Positions 29,843-39,944 of a DNA stretch of 64,000 bases are shown here, piece by piece; position 1 is the first letter of the stretch; each line of letters begins with the position of its first letter. The DNA comes from Candidatus Marinacidobacterales bacterium (GTDB taxonomy: Bacteria > Acidobacteriota > Vicinamibacteria > Marinacidobacterales > DATDRI01), in contig OZ244742.1 in assembly GCA_965219415.1 (NCBI GenBank), forward strand, positions 1,920,001-1,984,000, read 5' to 3'. Both the position numbers and the translations under genes were made by a program. Under the pieces are notes generated by a model, which was not told where the DNA came from, made no database searches, and saw only the letters and a list, made by a program, of their open reading frames with translations.

Positions 29843-31078
29843 TCAAGGCGAAGGCATTTTCAGGTCGATGGTGCGTTTGGGTGGCTCGACCAACCACTCC
29901 TCCGGGTTTGCCGGCTGGCCGTCCTCGCGGATCTCGAAATAAAGGCTGGGGCCGGTGAGAGACCCGGTATCCCCCACCAGGGCAATCTCATCACCGCGTC
30001 GGACGGTGTCCCCCTCCCGAACCATGATCTCGGATAGATGCCCGTAGAGGCTATGCACTTGACGGGGGTGGCTCACAATGAGGAGCGTGCCGTATCCTTG
30101 GAACCAGGACGCAAAGACCGCTTCCCCATCGTAGACCGCCCGAACCGAGGTACCGATCGGGGCTTGGATCTCGACGCCGTTTTGCACGGTCACGGTGCGG
30201 AATCGAGGGTGCCGGTGCTTGCCGAAGCGGGCACCGATCCGTCCTTCGACCGGCCAACCGAGCTCGCCGCGAAAAAGACGGATCGGAAGAAATAGCGAGT
30301 TGAGCTGCGTCTCACCATCTACTTCGAGGTCGGTCATCAAAGTAGTGAGCCGCACCCGAGCGTCTTCCAATTCGAACTGCAAGGTCTCAGCCATCTCTCG
30401 GCGTTCGTAGATTTGTTCCAATAGCGCGGCCCTAGTGGCCCGGCGACCCTTCAGCGATCGCGTCGTCTGCTCGAGATCCTTCCGGGTCTCGAGCGTCTGC
30501 CTGGTCCCTTCGAGAAGCTCCGCTTTCGTCTCCTCGAGGGCATCTTGATCGGCCAGGAATTGACCGATCTTTTCCGCATCGACCCGAGCCAGTCGAGAGA
30601 TGTAGCGGTAGGCGCGGGTCAGCTCACTCGGCTGTTCGACGGAGAGAAGCAGACGCATGTAGCTCAGCTTGCCCAGCTTGTAGAGACTCACCGCTCGGCC
30701 TGCGAGATAGGGCCTCAGTTCTCGGATAGACGCCTCGAGGGCCTGAACCTGCTTGAGATTGCGATCGATCTCCCGACAGCCCCGCTCGAGCTGAAGCTTC
30801 AGAAGCTGGAGTTTCTGATGCGCGACTTCTATCTGCACTTCCAGGCGATGGAGCTCCCCGACGATCGTCGTCTGCCGCTCGTCCAGGGACACGAGCTCTT
30901 TGTTCAGGGCGGCGAGCTTCTCGGATAGCAGCTCGAGCTTGGCTTCTTCCTCGGCAAGTCGGTCTTGGTCGGGGCCCTCACCAACGAGCACACTTGCCGC
31001 CATCAGACACAGAGTCAGAGCGCCTGAGACGAGTGTCCACGTTGCGAGGAGCCGGCGGCGAATCCGGGAAACGCTCAA
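29843..31078 (-). CDS. EnvC-like M23 murein hydrolase activator
   Basis: Long coiled coil plus degenerate M23 domain (NGVEI...LYFEIR). Confidence 0.88.
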   Translation of the reverse strand: MSVSRIRRRLLATWTLVSGALTLCLMAASVLVGEGPDQDRLAEEEAKLELLSEKLAALNKELVSLDERQTTIVGELHRLEVQIEVAHQKLQLLKLQLERGCREIDRNLKQVQALEASIRELRPYLAGRAVSLYKLGKLSYMRLLLSVEQPSELTRAYRYISRLARVDAEKIGQFLADQDALEETKAELLEGTRQTLETRKDLEQTTRSLKGRRATRAALLEQIYERREMAETLQFELEDARVRLTTLMTDLEVDGETQLNSLFLPIRLFRGELGWPVEGRIGARFGKHRHPRFRTVTVQNGVEIQAPIGTSVRAVYDGEAVFASWFQGYGTLLIVSHPRQVHSLYGHLSEIMVREGDTVRRGDEIALVGDTGSLTGPSLYFEIREDGQPANPEEWLVEPPKRTIDLKMPSP

Positions 31079-31162
31079 GATAGTTCTCAGATAATGGAGG
31101 ATAAGCTACGCTCATTATAAGCGTTTCGCCTCGGAGTGACAACGCATTTATGAGCCGAGAGC

Positions 31163-32182
31163 TCAGCGAACCACGACTCGTCCGGGCTGCCCCAGTTTCC
31201 CGTCAAGCTCGATGGTACGCTCGAGAAAGGCTTTGATCACGTCGATGTTTGTTCTGAGGTGCTCGGTTACCCGGACGGTCGTAAACTCCGAGGCGCCTGG
31301 TGCTAAGGCGAGCGGTAGTACGATCTGATCGGCGAGCCGCTCATCCACAGCACCGGGTCGCTCCAGGTAGAAGCGGAACTGCGCCGCCGCCTCCTCACCA
31401 ACCGCTTCTGCCGACTTGCCCCGCGCCCCGAGCGCAGAGGTCGTGATCCACGTTTCATCGAAGCGACCGGAGATCGCCACCGCGCTCCCCGGGGAAGCGG
31501 CTTCGAGCTTCAAGAGTTGCACCGAGACTTCGTGCCCGGTCGCCTGTACCCCAGACCGCGCCCGCGCCGCTTGTCTCTGCTGAACGTGGGCGGGAAGACC
31601 GCACGCCGCTGAAACGATCTCGAGAGATCGCAGCGATCCGGGGTCCAGAAGTTGAAGAGGACGAAGCTGTGCTTCCCCCTGGATGCGAGCCGAAATCTGC
31701 CCGCCACCTTTTGGGTAGAAGCCAGCCCTATCGAGTTGAACGTTCATCTCGAGACCGAGATGGCGCATAAAGGGAAGCCAGCACGACTCGATGAAATTGA
31801 ACGGTGGGCTCCAGGGTACGTGCGTGCCTCCGTGCAGAACGAGCTCCGACGGCCCCTCGGCGAGTGCCAAGGGAAGGGCGAGAGCCTGGAGCACCAAGGT
31901 CACCGACCCCGCGGTGCGGATATCCACCGAATAGGACCCTGGCCGCACCCGTTCGGGAGTAAAGACCACTTCTCGGGAGCCCTCTTCGTCGCCGCGACAG
32001 GACGCTCCGCTCATTTCGCGAAACGCTCGGAGCGCATGCAAGTGTTGAGGTGCTAGGCCGGGTGGGCTTCGCCGCGATCGAATCCCACGGATATGGAAGG
32101 GACGGCCGGTTATGACAGAGAGGCCCAGCCCGCTCCGAAGCACTTGGCCGCCGCCCTCATCGATTTGAACAAGATCAGCCAT
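31163..32182 (-). CDS. rtcA: RNA 3'-terminal phosphate cyclase
   Basis: EGGGQVLR, GL.PQH, GGTHVPWSP, GFYPKGGG, LADQ, TEHL. Confidence 0.95.
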   Translation of the reverse strand: MADLVQIDEGGGQVLRSGLGLSVITGRPFHIRGIRSRRSPPGLAPQHLHALRAFREMSGASCRGDEEGSREVVFTPERVRPGSYSVDIRTAGSVTLVLQALALPLALAEGPSELVLHGGTHVPWSPPFNFIESCWLPFMRHLGLEMNVQLDRAGFYPKGGGQISARIQGEAQLRPLQLLDPGSLRSLEIVSAACGLPAHVQQRQAARARSGVQATGHEVSVQLLKLEAASPGSAVAISGRFDETWITTSALGARGKSAEAVGEEAAAQFRFYLERPGAVDERLADQIVLPLALAPGASEFTTVRVTEHLRTNIDVIKAFLERTIELDGKLGQPGRVVVR

Positions 32183-32245
32183 TTCTGTTATTTGACGGTC
32201 GTTTTAACCGGTGGCTATACTGTTTTTTCTAAAAACTCTCACACG

Positions 32246-32722
32246 ATGCGATTCATGGGGCTCGATTTCGGCAGCAAGTACATCGGCATTGCTGTGTCAG
32301 ACGAAGCGGGCCTCATCGCCTCGCCGCGCGAGTCGCTACGCCGCACCAACCTCGAAAAAGACATCGAGCACCTCGCTTCGCGGGCTCGGGAAGAAGAGGC
32401 CGGAGCATTCGTGGTCGGCATGCCGCTCTCCCTGGACGGAAGCGAAGGGCCGCAGGCGAAGAAAGTGATGGGATTCATCAACAGGCTCGGACAAGTGTCG
32501 GGAATCCACGTCACGCCCTGGGACGAACGTCTCACGACAGTCGCGGCCCAGCGATCCTTGATCGAAGCAGATGTGTCCCGCGCTCGCCGCAAGAAAGTCG
32601 TCGACAAAGTAGCTGCTGCCATTATGCTCCAAAGCTACTTGGACTACCGTAGTCTCAAGCAGTCCTCGGAAGAGTCGCTGGCCCGTCAAGCCCGACAGGC
32701 CCAGCCGGGCGAAGAATCCTAA
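32246..32722 (+). CDS. ruvX: RuvX/YqgF pre-16S rRNA nuclease
   Basis: GLDFG...IGIAVSD, VGMP, WDERLTT, VDKVAA. Confidence 0.95.
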   Translation: MRFMGLDFGSKYIGIAVSDEAGLIASPRESLRRTNLEKDIEHLASRAREEEAGAFVVGMPLSLDGSEGPQAKKVMGFINRLGQVSGIHVTPWDERLTTVAAQRSLIEADVSRARRKKVVDKVAAAIMLQSYLDYRSLKQSSEESLARQARQAQPGEES

Positions 32723-32735
32723 CATTGTTGATTCG

Positions 32736-33800
32736 ATGAAGCGCGTCCTGGGGCTCCTTGTAATCCTTGTCCTTCTCGTCTGCGCTGCGGCAGGGGTCGG
32801 AGTGTATACCGTTTGCCAAAAGGCGACCGAAGCCTATAAAGGATACCCTGGAGACGAGATTTTTTTCATGGTCCAACCGGGGCAAGCGGGCGTATCCATT
32901 GCCCGGGCGCTCGAAGCCGAGGGAGTTGCACGCGACCACCGATTGTTTGTCGCTGCACTTTGGCTCAAGAAAGCGACCGGCCGCCTACAAGCCGGTGAAT
33001 ACCGATTCGCAAAACCGGCCTCCACCATGGATGTCATCGACCGGCTGGTCAACGGCGACATCTATTTGTTGTCGGTAACGATACCGGAGGGATTGACCGT
33101 TTCCGAGACCGCCGACCACCTGGCGAGAAAGGGCATCGGCGACGCCGACGCTTTTCGTGGCGTCTTCGGCCGGGGCGAGCTCATCGCATCGCTCGATCCC
33201 GAGGCCCGAGACCTCGAGGGCTACCTTTTCCCCGAGACCTATCGATTCCCACGCCAGCCCGCACCGGAGGAAGTGGCCCGCGCCTTGACCGATCGCTTCA
33301 TTCAGCTGTTCGATGAAAAACGCCTAGCGAAGGCGGCCAGTCTTGAGTTAGATGTCCGCGAAGTCGTGACCTTGGCATCGATCGTGGAAAAAGAAACGGG
33401 CCGGGCCGAAGAGAGGCCTCTCATTGCCTCGGTGTTCTGGAACCGGCTAAAACGCCCCATGGCGTTGCAGTCGGATCCCACGATCATCTACGAGTTGAAG
33501 CGGCAGGGTCGCTACGACGGAAATCTCCGCGGGAACGATCTCAAATTGGACTCTCCCTACAACACCTATCGTTTTCCCGGGCTTCCTCCCGGTCCGATCG
33601 CGTCGCCCGGCCTGGCAGCCATCGACGCGGTGCTGTCGCCTGCGGAGACTAGGTATTTCTACTTCGTATCCAAGAACGATGGCTCACACCATTTCTCGCG
33701 CACTCTGAGAGAACATTCGAACGCGGTGAGGAAGTACCAGATCGAGTATTTCCGTCAGAAGCGCCGCGAAAGACAAAAGAAGAAGGCAGGCGTTTCGTGA
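32736..33800 (+). CDS. mltG: Endolytic transglycosylase MltG
   Basis: LEGYLFPETY, ASIVEKE, LQSDPT, SPYNTY...GLPPGPI. Confidence 0.96.
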   Translation: MKRVLGLLVILVLLVCAAAGVGVYTVCQKATEAYKGYPGDEIFFMVQPGQAGVSIARALEAEGVARDHRLFVAALWLKKATGRLQAGEYRFAKPASTMDVIDRLVNGDIYLLSVTIPEGLTVSETADHLARKGIGDADAFRGVFGRGELIASLDPEARDLEGYLFPETYRFPRQPAPEEVARALTDRFIQLFDEKRLAKAASLELDVREVVTLASIVEKETGRAEERPLIASVFWNRLKRPMALQSDPTIIYELKRQGRYDGNLRGNDLKLDSPYNTYRFPGLPPGPIASPGLAAIDAVLSPAETRYFYFVSKNDGSHHFSRTLREHSNAVRKYQIEYFRQKRRERQKKKAGVS

Positions 33801-35905
33801 TCGGGAAGAGGGCGAGCCTCAGCCTCTCCCTCGTCCTTATCTACGCCGGACTCACCGTCCTCTTTACTTATCCCCTGGTCTGGTTCCTCACCACCCATCA
33901 TGCCGGGGAGGCCGGCGGCGACGCGCGCGTCTACCTGTGGAACATGTGGTGGGTCGACAAAGCGCTGACCGATCTCCACACCAACCCCTTCGAGACTGAT
34001 TTCATTTTTTATCCTCTAGGCATCGGCCTTTCGCTGCACACCCTCGGACTCTCGCAAGGCCTGCTCTTCATTCCCTTGAAGGCCTTGCTCGGTGAAGTCG
34101 CTGCGGCCAACTCGATCCTGTTGTTCACCTTCGTTGCCTCGGCCCTGGGAATGTATGCGCTCGCCCGGTATCTCGGCGCGTCGAGACTGGGCGCCTTCCT
34201 TGCCGGAATCGTCTTCGCTTTTTGCCCGTATCGGCTGGCTCGGCTGGCCGGACACTACGACCTTCTTGGCACCGAATGGATTCCTTTCTATACCCTCTTT
34301 TTCTTCAAGGCGCTCGGCGAAAAAAGCCTCGACGTGAGGCTCCTACTTGCTACGGGAGCTCTGGCAGCACTCTGCGGCTACACGACGCCCACCTATCTCG
34401 TTTTTCTCGCGTTGCTTAGTGGCCTTTATGTGCTCTGGCGGCTCATCCTTGACTGGCGTGACCGGCGCGACTTGGCGCCGATCGGGCGCTCGGCACTCAT
34501 TGGCCTGGTGGCGACGGTGTTACTTCTCCCTCTCTTGATCCAGGTGAATCAAGATTTGTCGTCGTGGCGTTACCCCGCCTATCCCGGCTCCGATCGCTAC
34601 GGCGCGGACGTTGCCGCCTACGCCGTGCCTGGCCCCCAGCAGAATCTATTGGGCGATTCGCTGGGGCGAAGCTTCGACTCGAACTTAACCGAGGCCACCA
34701 TCTTCCCGGGCTACGTCCTGCTGCTGGTGCTGGTCGGAGCCTTGTCAACGCCCCACGTGCGTCGCGACTACGTGTTCTGGTTCGTCGCGGCGGGCGTCTT
34801 TTTTCTATTGAGTCTAGGAAGTTCACTCAAGATCGCGGGCTGGGAATCGGGGATCCCACTCCCCTTCGCGCTGTTTCAGGAGCTCCCTTTGCTCGAGCAT
34901 TTGCGTGCCCCCTCCCGGCTTTCCATCGTGTTCATGCTATGTGCCGCGGTCTTGCTCGGCGCGAGCTGGAGTCTTTGGATGGAGCGCGTCCGAAAGCCAT
35001 TATTACGGGTGTTTCTGACCGGCTTGTTGGCTATCGGTCTCGTCGCCGAATACCTGGCGATCCCGGTCCCCGTCTTCACCGCCGAGGTAGCTCCCATCCA
35101 TCGGCAGCTCGCCGAGGAACAGGAACAGTTCACGGTGATGGAAATCCCTGGCATCGAACAAGTGCCGGAGCGCTTGATGTATCACCAGACAGTGCACGGC
35201 AAGAACATTTTCATTGGAACCGCGGCACGCGTCCCTCCCGAAAAGACGGCGTACTATTTCGGCCTACCGCTCGTCCGCCCTCTGGTCGACCTTCGCAAGG
35301 GGAAGATCGCTTTGAGCGCCGAGCTTATCAGCGAGCAAAGTGAGTTGGCGCCCGGCGTGGCCGCGTTTCTCGGCCTTCGCTACCTCATCGTGGAGAAGGC
35401 CTACGCCAAACGAGGCGTCCTGGAGTTTCTTGAGAAGACTCTGCCGCTGGATCGCACCTACGAGGACGAAGAGAGGATTGGGTTGCGCGTCCGCGAGGAG
35501 GAGCTCCCCGACGCGCCGCGATCGATCGATCCGGGAGCGCCGGACTCCCGTATGTATTTCGCGACCGGCTGGTCGAGGGCGGAGCGAGCGGAAGGGAGGA
35601 GCTTCCGGTGGGCCAGCGAGACTCAAACGACCCTTTTGCTAAGGCGCCCGGACGATAGCGTGACTGCGGTGGTGGTCGAAATCTCCCCGCTCGAAGGCAA
35701 CGACCAGAGCGTGACGGCGCGATTAGATGGAACGCTCTTGGGAGAAGCTACCCTCTCGCCCGGCTGGAGCGAGGTTCGATGGACGCTTCCGTCCCGCACG
35801 CGCCGGGTCGAAAAGCTCGTCTTTCGGTGGAAGGTGCTGCGCCAGGCCTCCGAAGCGGACCCTAGACGACTAGCGGCAAGAGTGTCCTCCGTCCGCTTCG
35901 AGTAG
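33797..35905 (+). CDS. Polytopic membrane protein, GT-C/YfhO-like glycosyltransferase
   Basis: Multiple TM segments; W.MWW...NPF...FYP and LRAPSR motifs. Confidence 0.7.
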   Translation: MIGKRASLSLSLVLIYAGLTVLFTYPLVWFLTTHHAGEAGGDARVYLWNMWWVDKALTDLHTNPFETDFIFYPLGIGLSLHTLGLSQGLLFIPLKALLGEVAAANSILLFTFVASALGMYALARYLGASRLGAFLAGIVFAFCPYRLARLAGHYDLLGTEWIPFYTLFFFKALGEKSLDVRLLLATGALAALCGYTTPTYLVFLALLSGLYVLWRLILDWRDRRDLAPIGRSALIGLVATVLLLPLLIQVNQDLSSWRYPAYPGSDRYGADVAAYAVPGPQQNLLGDSLGRSFDSNLTEATIFPGYVLLLVLVGALSTPHVRRDYVFWFVAAGVFFLLSLGSSLKIAGWESGIPLPFALFQELPLLEHLRAPSRLSIVFMLCAAVLLGASWSLWMERVRKPLLRVFLTGLLAIGLVAEYLAIPVPVFTAEVAPIHRQLAEEQEQFTVMEIPGIEQVPERLMYHQTVHGKNIFIGTAARVPPEKTAYYFGLPLVRPLVDLRKGKIALSAELISEQSELAPGVAAFLGLRYLIVEKAYAKRGVLEFLEKTLPLDRTYEDEERIGLRVREEELPDAPRSIDPGAPDSRMYFATGWSRAERAEGRSFRWASETQTTLLLRRPDDSVTAVVVEISPLEGNDQSVTARLDGTLLGEATLSPGWSEVRWTLPSRTRRVEKLVFRWKVLRQASEADPRRLAARVSSVRFE

Positions 35906-35943
35906 AAAAGTAACGAAATGCACAAAACTAGATCCGACCCCGC

Positions 35944-37086
35944 CTAGCTGTTGAAGATTTCGCGGGCGATGATCACGCGTTGGATCTGGCTGGTTCCTTC
36001 GTAGATTTGATAAATCTTCGCGTCGCGGTAGAGCTTCTCCACCGGGTACTCCTTGTTGAAACCGTTTCCGCCGAACACCTGGACGGCGTCGGTGGCGACT
36101 TTGACCGCGGTGTCGGCGGCGAAGAGCTTGGCGAAGGCAGCTTCCTTCGTGTTACGGCGACCCTGGTCGATGGCCCAACCGGACTGCCAAACGAGAAGCC
36201 TCGCTGCTTCAATGGCGCAGGCCATGTCGGCGATCATGAAGCCGATCCCCTGGTGCTTGTAGATCGGAACCCCGAACGTCTCTCTCTCTTTGGCGTAGTT
36301 CACGGCGTGCTCGTAGGCCGATCGGGCGAGCCCCACCGCAGCGGCGGCGACCACCGGTCGCGAGTGATCGAAAGCGGCCATCGCCACTTTCCAACCCGCA
36401 CCCTCTTCGCCCAATCGATTAACAGCCGGTACCTTGACGTCCTCGAAACTGACCGCGCGGGTGTCGGAACAACGCTGGCCCATGTTGTTCTCCTTCTTGC
36501 CCAATACGACGCCGTCTGAATCGCGGGGCACCACGAAGGCGCTCATGCCCCGGTAACCCTTCTCCGGATCGGTGTAGGCCAGCACGAAATACCAATTGGC
36601 GACACCGCCATTGGTAATCCACATCTTGCTGCCGTTCAGGACGTAGTCGTCCCCGTGTCGTTTGGCGGTGGTGCGGATGCCCTGAACGTCCGACCCCGCC
36701 CCCGGCTCAGTAACACAGTAGGCGGTGAAGAGGAATTCCTCAATCATCGGCGCGAGCCACTTCTTTTTTTGCTCCTCGCTCCCCGCAACGATGACCGGGC
36801 ACTCCGCGAGAGTATTCGCCTCCATGGCGGTGCTGACTCCGGTGCAAGCCCAGGCCGTCTCCTCGGCGATGAGACATCCCTCGAGGACTCCCAGACCCAA
36901 TCCCCCGTACTCCTCGGGGATGTGCGTGTTCATGAGTCCCAACTCCCAGGCCTTCTGACATATCTCGCGCGGGTACTCGGCCGTCTCATCGAGACGCGCG
37001 GCATGGGGAGCGATCTCTTTTTCGGCGAACTCATGGGCGAGATCGCGAAGCTGCTTCTGTTCCTCACTGAGCCTAAAGTCGATCAT
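35944..37086 (-). CDS. Acyl-CoA dehydrogenase
   Basis: [28 protein letters not shown]. Confidence 0.96.
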   Translation of the reverse strand: MIDFRLSEEQKQLRDLAHEFAEKEIAPHAARLDETAEYPREICQKAWELGLMNTHIPEEYGGLGLGVLEGCLIAEETAWACTGVSTAMEANTLAECPVIVAGSEEQKKKWLAPMIEEFLFTAYCVTEPGAGSDVQGIRTTAKRHGDDYVLNGSKMWITNGGVANWYFVLAYTDPEKGYRGMSAFVVPRDSDGVVLGKKENNMGQRCSDTRAVSFEDVKVPAVNRLGEEGAGWKVAMAAFDHSRPVVAAAAVGLARSAYEHAVNYAKERETFGVPIYKHQGIGFMIADMACAIEAARLLVWQSGWAIDQGRRNTKEAAFAKLFAADTAVKVATDAVQVFGGNGFNKEYPVEKLYRDAKIYQIYEGTSQIQRVIIAREIFNS

Positions 37087-37114
37087 GGTGCCTCTCTAAC
37101 GGATAGTCTGGTTC

Positions 37115-37908
37115 TCATTTTCCCTTGAACCGAGGGGGGCGCTTTTCTGCGAAAGCGGTGAGCCCTTCGAGAGAGTCCTCGGACTCGAAGCAAGCCGCTT
37201 GCGCCTCCTCCTCATAATCTAGCATCTGATCGAGGGAGGCCCCTATCGCATCGTAGATAGCCTCCTTGGCGAACCGGACCGCCTGAGGTGGTGTTGCGGC
37301 CAGCTCACGCGCCAGTTCCAAAACCCGATCGGGAAACTCGTCGGCCTCGACCACTCGATTGACTAGTCCCACGCGCTGGGCTTCATCGGCGCTCAGCATG
37401 CGCCCGGTGAAGATCATCTCGCAGGCCATGCCGGTGCCAACCAAACGAGGGAGGAAAAAGCTGCCGCCCCAATCGGGGTGCAGTCCTACACGGGAAAAGG
37501 TAGCGCCGAGCCGTGCTTCGCTTGACGCGATACGGAGATCGCAGGCAAGGGCGAGACTCAAACCCGCGCCCGCGGCAACCCCGTTGATGACCGCCACCGT
37601 CGGAAGCGGTAACTCACGCAGGAGCTCGACGACGCGGCGTCCGGACTCCATGAGCTGTCTCAGCGTCTCGGCGTCTCGGCGTCGCCCTCGCGCCGAAGCT
37701 CCGCCATGTACTTCACGTCGCCTCCGCTACAAAATGCTTTCCCGGCGCCGGTGATGACCAGGACGCGGGCCCGGCCGAGTGCCATGGCGATGGCCTGATG
37801 GAGATCGCCGCGCATGGTTCCGGAGAGGGCGTTCAGTTGCTCGGGACGATCGAGGGTGACGGTGGCGACATCGTCCGAGACCGCGAACTTGACGTGCTCC
37901 CAGCTCAT
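37115..37908 (-). pseudogene. Enoyl-CoA hydratase/isomerase, frameshifted by an 8-bp tandem duplication
   Basis: FCSGGD, AAGAG, GLHPDWG; deleting one GACGCCGA unit at 37668-37683 restores DAETLRQLME. Confidence 0.85.
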
Positions 37909-37915
37909 CGCGATG

Positions 37916-39100
37916 TCAAACCTTCTCTACCAGCAAAGCGAGGCCCAAGCCGCCACTGATGCAGAGCGTCGCCAGGCCTCGCCGTGCGTCGCGCTTCTTC
38001 ATTTCATGGAGCAGTGTGACGACAATCCTTGTTCCGGTGGCGCCAATTGGGTGTCCGAGGGAAATGGCCCCGCCGTTAACGTTCACTCGCTCAAGATCAA
38101 AGTCCAGCTCTTTGTGGCAGGCCAGCACTTGGCTCGCAAACGCTTCGTTCAGTTCGATGAGATCGATGTCGTTGAGCGTGAGGCCTGTTTTGTCGAGAAG
38201 CTTTTTGACCGCGGGTACCGGGCCAATGCCCATGATCGCCGGATCCACGCCCGCCGAGGCATAGCCCACGATACGGGCCATCGGCTCGACTCCGAGCTGC
38301 CGAGCCTTCTCTTCACTCAAGACAACCAGCGCCGCCGCGCCGTCGGTGATCCCGGAAGAGTTCCCTGCGTGAACCGTTCCGTCCTTCCGAAAGACGGGCG
38401 GAAGCTTGGCGAGGCTCTCCGATGTCACTCCGTCCCGCGGATGCTCGTCTTCCGCGATCGTCAACACCTGCCCTTTGCGACCGGGCACTTCCACCGGGAC
38501 GATCTCGTCTTTGAATCGACCCGACTTCCGAGCCGTCTCGGAGCGCTGCTGGCTTTGAGAAGCGTACCGATCGCTCTCTTCTCTGGAGATTCCGTACTTG
38601 TCCACCAGATTCTCGGCGGTGTCTCCCATCAGTTGATCACACAACGGACAACGGAACCCGTCTCGGTACATGCCGTCGACTATTTCGGAATGCCCCAAGC
38701 GGTAACCCCACCTGGCCCCGAGCATCAGATAGGGCGTGTTGCTCATGCTTTCGGTCCCGCCGGCAAGCACCACGTCGGCGTCTCCCAGGGCGATCGCCCC
38801 ATAGGCATTCATGATGGCCTTCAGACTGGATCCACACGCCTTATTGATGGTGTAGGCGGGAGTCGTCTCTGGCACGCCGGCGCGGTAAGCGATCTGCCGT
38901 GCCACGTTGGGCCGAACACCAGCCTGCCGGCCGTTTCCGAAAATGGCTTCATCGACCGAGTCCGCGGGCGTCCCGCTACGCTCGAGGGCGGCCTTCGCGG
39001 CGGCCGCACCCAGGTCGGCGGCTTGGAGCGGAGTCAGCACCCCACCGAACTTCCCGATGGGAGTCCTCACCGCGCCGGCTAGGAAGATGTTCTTCGCCAT
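37916..39100 (-). CDS. Acetyl-CoA C-acyltransferase (thiolase)
   Basis: NKACGSS, NEAFA, GHPIGATG, CISGG. Confidence 0.96.
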   Translation of the reverse strand: MAKNIFLAGAVRTPIGKFGGVLTPLQAADLGAAAAKAALERSGTPADSVDEAIFGNGRQAGVRPNVARQIAYRAGVPETTPAYTINKACGSSLKAIMNAYGAIALGDADVVLAGGTESMSNTPYLMLGARWGYRLGHSEIVDGMYRDGFRCPLCDQLMGDTAENLVDKYGISREESDRYASQSQQRSETARKSGRFKDEIVPVEVPGRKGQVLTIAEDEHPRDGVTSESLAKLPPVFRKDGTVHAGNSSGITDGAAALVVLSEEKARQLGVEPMARIVGYASAGVDPAIMGIGPVPAVKKLLDKTGLTLNDIDLIELNEAFASQVLACHKELDFDLERVNVNGGAISLGHPIGATGTRIVVTLLHEMKKRDARRGLATLCISGGLGLALLVEKV

Positions 39101-39102
39101 GC

Positions 39103-39897
39103 TCACTTGCCCTTGAACACGGGCTTTCTCTTTTCGAGATGGGCGTCGAGGCCTTCTTTCGCGTCCTCGGAAATGAAGAGCTGTTGCTGAAGCTCTCGTT
39201 CCAGAGCCAGTCCTTCGGAGAACGGAACCTCGAGACCGGAGCAAACAGCCCGCTTGATTCGCCCAACCGCCTTCGAGGCCTTGGCGGGAGGCACGAACTG
39301 CGAGGCATACTCCATCACGCGCTCCTTAAAATCCTCCGCCGGCCAGACGTGATTCACCAAACCGAGCTTTTCCGCGTCGTCGAAGGTGAGGAGTCTGCCC
39401 GTTGCCATCAGCTCGATGGCCTTGGACTTACCCAGCAAACGCGCCAGGCGCTGGGTTCCGCCCGTTCCGGGCAGGACGCCGAGAGATACCTCGGGCAGAC
39501 CGATCTTGCCGCCGTCTTTCTTGGCCAGGCGTATGTCAGCCGCAAGGGCAACTTCTAGCCCGCCGCCAACGGTGTGTCCATTCAACGCCGCAATCACCAG
39601 CTTCGACGTCTGCTCCAAGCGATTCAAGGTCTCGTTGGCATGCAGGCAGAAGTAGTACTTGAATTCCGGATCGGCTTCGGTGAGCATCTTGATGTTGGCC
39701 CCCGCGCAGAAGAACTTATCTCCCTTGGCGGTAATGACGAGCACGTGGACACTCTGATCCATGCGCGCCTCGAGGATCGCACCATCCAATTGCCGCATCA
39801 TCTCGTAGCTGTAGGTGTTGGCCGGCGGATCGTTCAACTCGAGAATAGCGACGCCGTTTTCGTTTCGGTAGTCAACCAGGCGTGTATCAGAAGACAT
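39103..39897 (-). CDS. Enoyl-CoA hydratase/isomerase (box-cluster associated)
   Basis: FFCAGANI, GGGLE, GLPEVSLGVLPGTGG. Confidence 0.92.
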   Translation of the reverse strand: MSSDTRLVDYRNENGVAILELNDPPANTYSYEMMRQLDGAILEARMDQSVHVLVITAKGDKFFCAGANIKMLTEADPEFKYYFCLHANETLNRLEQTSKLVIAALNGHTVGGGLEVALAADIRLAKKDGGKIGLPEVSLGVLPGTGGTQRLARLLGKSKAIELMATGRLLTFDDAEKLGLVNHVWPAEDFKERVMEYASQFVPPAKASKAVGRIKRAVCSGLEVPFSEGLALERELQQQLFISEDAKEGLDAHLEKRKPVFKGK

Positions 39898-39944
39898 GAT
39901 TTCCCTCTCGTGAAAACTCATCGACAACTACGAGGTCCAACACT

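Noticed and set aside
31163-32182. rtcA as part of an RNA-repair defence operon
   Set aside because: No rtcB, rtcR, Ro60 or Y RNA is adjacent; the context is housekeeping
37814-39082. Long antisense ORFs (also 28771-29802, 55163-56050, 13980-14690)
   Set aside because: Shadow frames of recognised genes in GC-rich DNA, with no motifs of their own
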